Source: a virus (lineage: Duplodnaviria > Heunggongvirae > Uroviricota > Caudoviricetes). Taken from it: a stretch of DNA of 64,000 bases. The notes below the pieces were generated by a model. The model ran no database searches, had not been told where the DNA came from, and saw only the letters and a list, made by a program, of their open reading frames with translations. Position numbers and translations under genes: made by a program. The first letter of the stretch is position 1, and the number at the start of each line of letters is the position of its first letter. The DNA is taken from IMG/VR virus record IMGVR_UViG_3300034082_001974. One strand, 5' to 3'. This document shows positions 62,302 to 64,000 of the stretch, in pieces.

Positions 62302-63077
62302 ATATTAAATTTATCATAAAGTTTTACATTTTCTTCTCCAATAATTTCTTCTGGAGAAGGTGAAGTTCTTTGAAGTTTTGGACGAATTTGATGAAGATTA
62401 TCAATTCCCCAGGCATCATCTTTATCTTCGGCACAAGTATTTAGAATGTTGGAAAAATCGTGTTTATGAGATTCTATTTCTAGAAATTCATAAATCTTTT
62501 TCACTTCATTCTCTGGATTTTCTATAAGATGATTATAATCAACTAAATGAATATTATGTGAATGATGTTGTAATCCATAGACTAGACTTTGATATGGGTC
62601 ACTTACATAATTTTTCCAAAGACATTCAATACGATTAGTTGTTGTGATGGGAGTTCCTTCTCGTCTTAAATGAGCATCTACAAAATTATTAGTTCCATTT
62701 TTTTCCAAAAGAATAATATAAGAAGCAAGAACTTCTGAAATTCTACGATTAGTTGCTATAATTTTTGGTTTTTGATGAATATACTTTTCAATTGAAGAGA
62801 CATTCTTACACCATCCACGATGCTTATCTAATATACAAGGTTTTTCAATATGATTATAAAAATTTGAAAGAATTGAATGATAAGTATTGTATTGAATGTT
62901 ATCTTTGTCGTATGTATATTGAATATCTAATTTAGAAAATCCTTCATCAATCCAACAAAGTAAATCGGCAAGAGGAGATGTTGGAGTTGCTTGAAGTTTG
63001 GAATGTTGAGAAAGAATGGAACCTAATAATGTTGAACCACTTCTGGGAAGACCAGAAAGAAAATAAAGATTTTTCAT
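62298..63077 (-). CDS. sulfotransferase family protein
   Basis: N-terminal SGLPRSGSTLL (5'-PSB PAPS-binding loop). Confidence 0.55.
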   Translation of the reverse strand: MKNLYFLSGLPRSGSTLLGSILSQHSKLQATPTSPLADLLCWIDEGFSKLDIQYTYDKDNIQYNTYHSILSNFYNHIEKPCILDKHRGWCKNVSSIEKYIHQKPKIIATNRRISEVLASYIILLEKNGTNNFVDAHLRREGTPITTTNRIECLWKNYVSDPYQSLVYGLQHHSHNIHLVDYNHLIENPENEVKKIYEFLEIESHKHDFSNILNTCAEDKDDAWGIDNLHQIRPKLQRTSPSPEEIIGEENVKLYDKFNI

Positions 63078-63090
63078 TTGTTATGATATT

Positions 63091-64000
63091 TTAGGGGTCA
63101 GGTTGATATTGAATTGCTATAGTATGATAACCTCCAGCAATAGATTTCCAATTGTTACCACCAAGTAGTGTAGTGACTGGAGTATTTCTTTGTGTAATAT
63201 CATTGACTCCTAATTGTCCATAAACATTACGACCCCAAGTCCATAGAGTTCCATCAGTCTTAATTGCTATGGTATGAAAAAATCCACTCGCAATAGATTT
63301 CCAATTGTTACCACCAAGTAGTGTGGTGACTGGAGTGCTTCTATGTGTGGTATCATTTACACCTAATGCTCCATAAGAATTACGACCCCAAGTCCATAGA
63401 GTTCCATCAGTCTTAATTGCTATGGTATGAAAACCTTTACCAGCAATAGATTTCCAATTGGTTCCACCAAGTAGTGTGGTGACTGGAGTGCTTCTAGATG
63501 TAGTATTATTTACACCTAGTTGTCCATTATCATTACTACCCCAATTCCATAAAGTCCCATCAGTATTAAGTGCTATAGTATGATAATATCCACCAGCAAT
63601 AGATTTCCAATTGGTTCCACCAAGTAGTGTGGTGACTGGAGTGCTTCTAGATGTAGTATTATTTACACCTAGTTGTCCATTATCATTATAACCCCAAGAC
63701 CATAGAGTTCCATCAGTCTTAAGTGCTATGGTATGATAAAATCCACCAGTAATAGATTTCCAATTGTTACCACCAAGTAGTGTAGTGACTGGAGTGCTTC
63801 TTCGTGTAGTATCATTTACACCTAGTTGTCCAAAAAGATTAGAACCCCAAGACCATAGAGTTCCATCAGTCTTAAGTGCTATCGTATGATAACCTCCACA
63901 AGCAATAGATTTCCAATTGTTACCACCAAGTAGCGTAGTGACTGGAGTGCTTCTATGTGTATTATCATTTACACCTAGTTGTACACTATTATTACCACCC
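63091..64000 (-). CDS. RCC1-repeat (beta-propeller) protein, C-terminal ~300 aa (N-terminus beyond window end)
   Basis: >=5 tandem ~52-aa blades HT(I/L)A(L/I)KTDGTLW(S/T)WG.N..GQLGVN..T.RSTPVTTLLGG.NWKSIA; stop ~63091. Confidence 0.75.
   Translation of the reverse strand, partial: GGNNSVQLGVNDNTHRSTPVTTLLGGNNWKSIACGGYHTIALKTDGTLWSWGSNLFGQLGVNDTTRRSTPVTTLLGGNNWKSITGGFYHTIALKTDGTLWSWGYNDNGQLGVNNTTSRSTPVTTLLGGTNWKSIAGGYYHTIALNTDGTLWNWGSNDNGQLGVNNTTSRSTPVTTLLGGTNWKSIAGKGFHTIAIKTDGTLWTWGRNSYGALGVNDTTHRSTPVTTLLGGNNWKSIASGFFHTIAIKTDGTLWTWGRNVYGQLGVNDITQRNTPVTTLLGGNNWKSIAGGYHTIAIQYQPDP

Noticed and set aside
63091-64000. Non-coding tandem repeat, satellite or CRISPR-like array
   Set aside because: The ~156-bp periodic repeats keep an open reading frame and translate into canonical RCC1 blades. 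They are coding repeats.
1-64000. tRNA or other structured RNA genes
   Set aside because: Scanned both strands for T-loop-like GTTC(G/A)A(A/T)TC contexts with acceptor stems and found none. All strong hairpins seen are followed by T-runs and so are interpreted as terminators. A covariance-model scan (tRNAscan-SE or Infernal) would be needed to exclude them formally.

Overview
64-kb, AT-rich, gene-dense phage segment with T4-like (myovirus-type) hallmarks. About 150 short to medium ORFs lie almost exclusively on the minus strand and are chained by ATGA/TGAAATG stop-start overlaps. The only clear plus-strand gene is an HNH homing endonuclease sitting in a repeat- and promoter-rich intergenic region. 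Recognisable functions: two beta-class DNA methyltransferases (one split at an A6 run), HNH and two paralogous GIY-YIG homing endonucleases, Rnl1-like RNA ligase with a P-loop polynucleotide-kinase-like protein and a calcineurin-like phosphoesterase (RNA repair), an Rnl2-like ligase core, dCMP/cytidine-deaminase-like protein, SPFH/prohibitin, RlpA-like DPBB protein, DExH helicase, a small HExxH protein, and a low-GC ~13-kb island (50.8-64 kb) of giant methyltransferase-glycosyltransferase-TPR-oxygenase fusion proteins, a 2OG-Fe(II) oxygenase, a sulfotransferase, three tandem LamG-like paralogs and an RCC1-repeat protein. The most striking non-coding signal is a ~26-nt element present at >=24 intergenic sites, always on the same strand, placed about 27 nt upstream of a TGnTATAAT-type -10 box, with the upstream stop codon typically (not always) lying at or inside it. 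Several tandem paralog families, duplicated gene modules, iteron-like repeat arrays and terminator/-10 cassettes are present. No tRNA, rRNA or CRISPR array was seen. Coordinates of manually found small ORFs and motifs are approximate (within a few nt).
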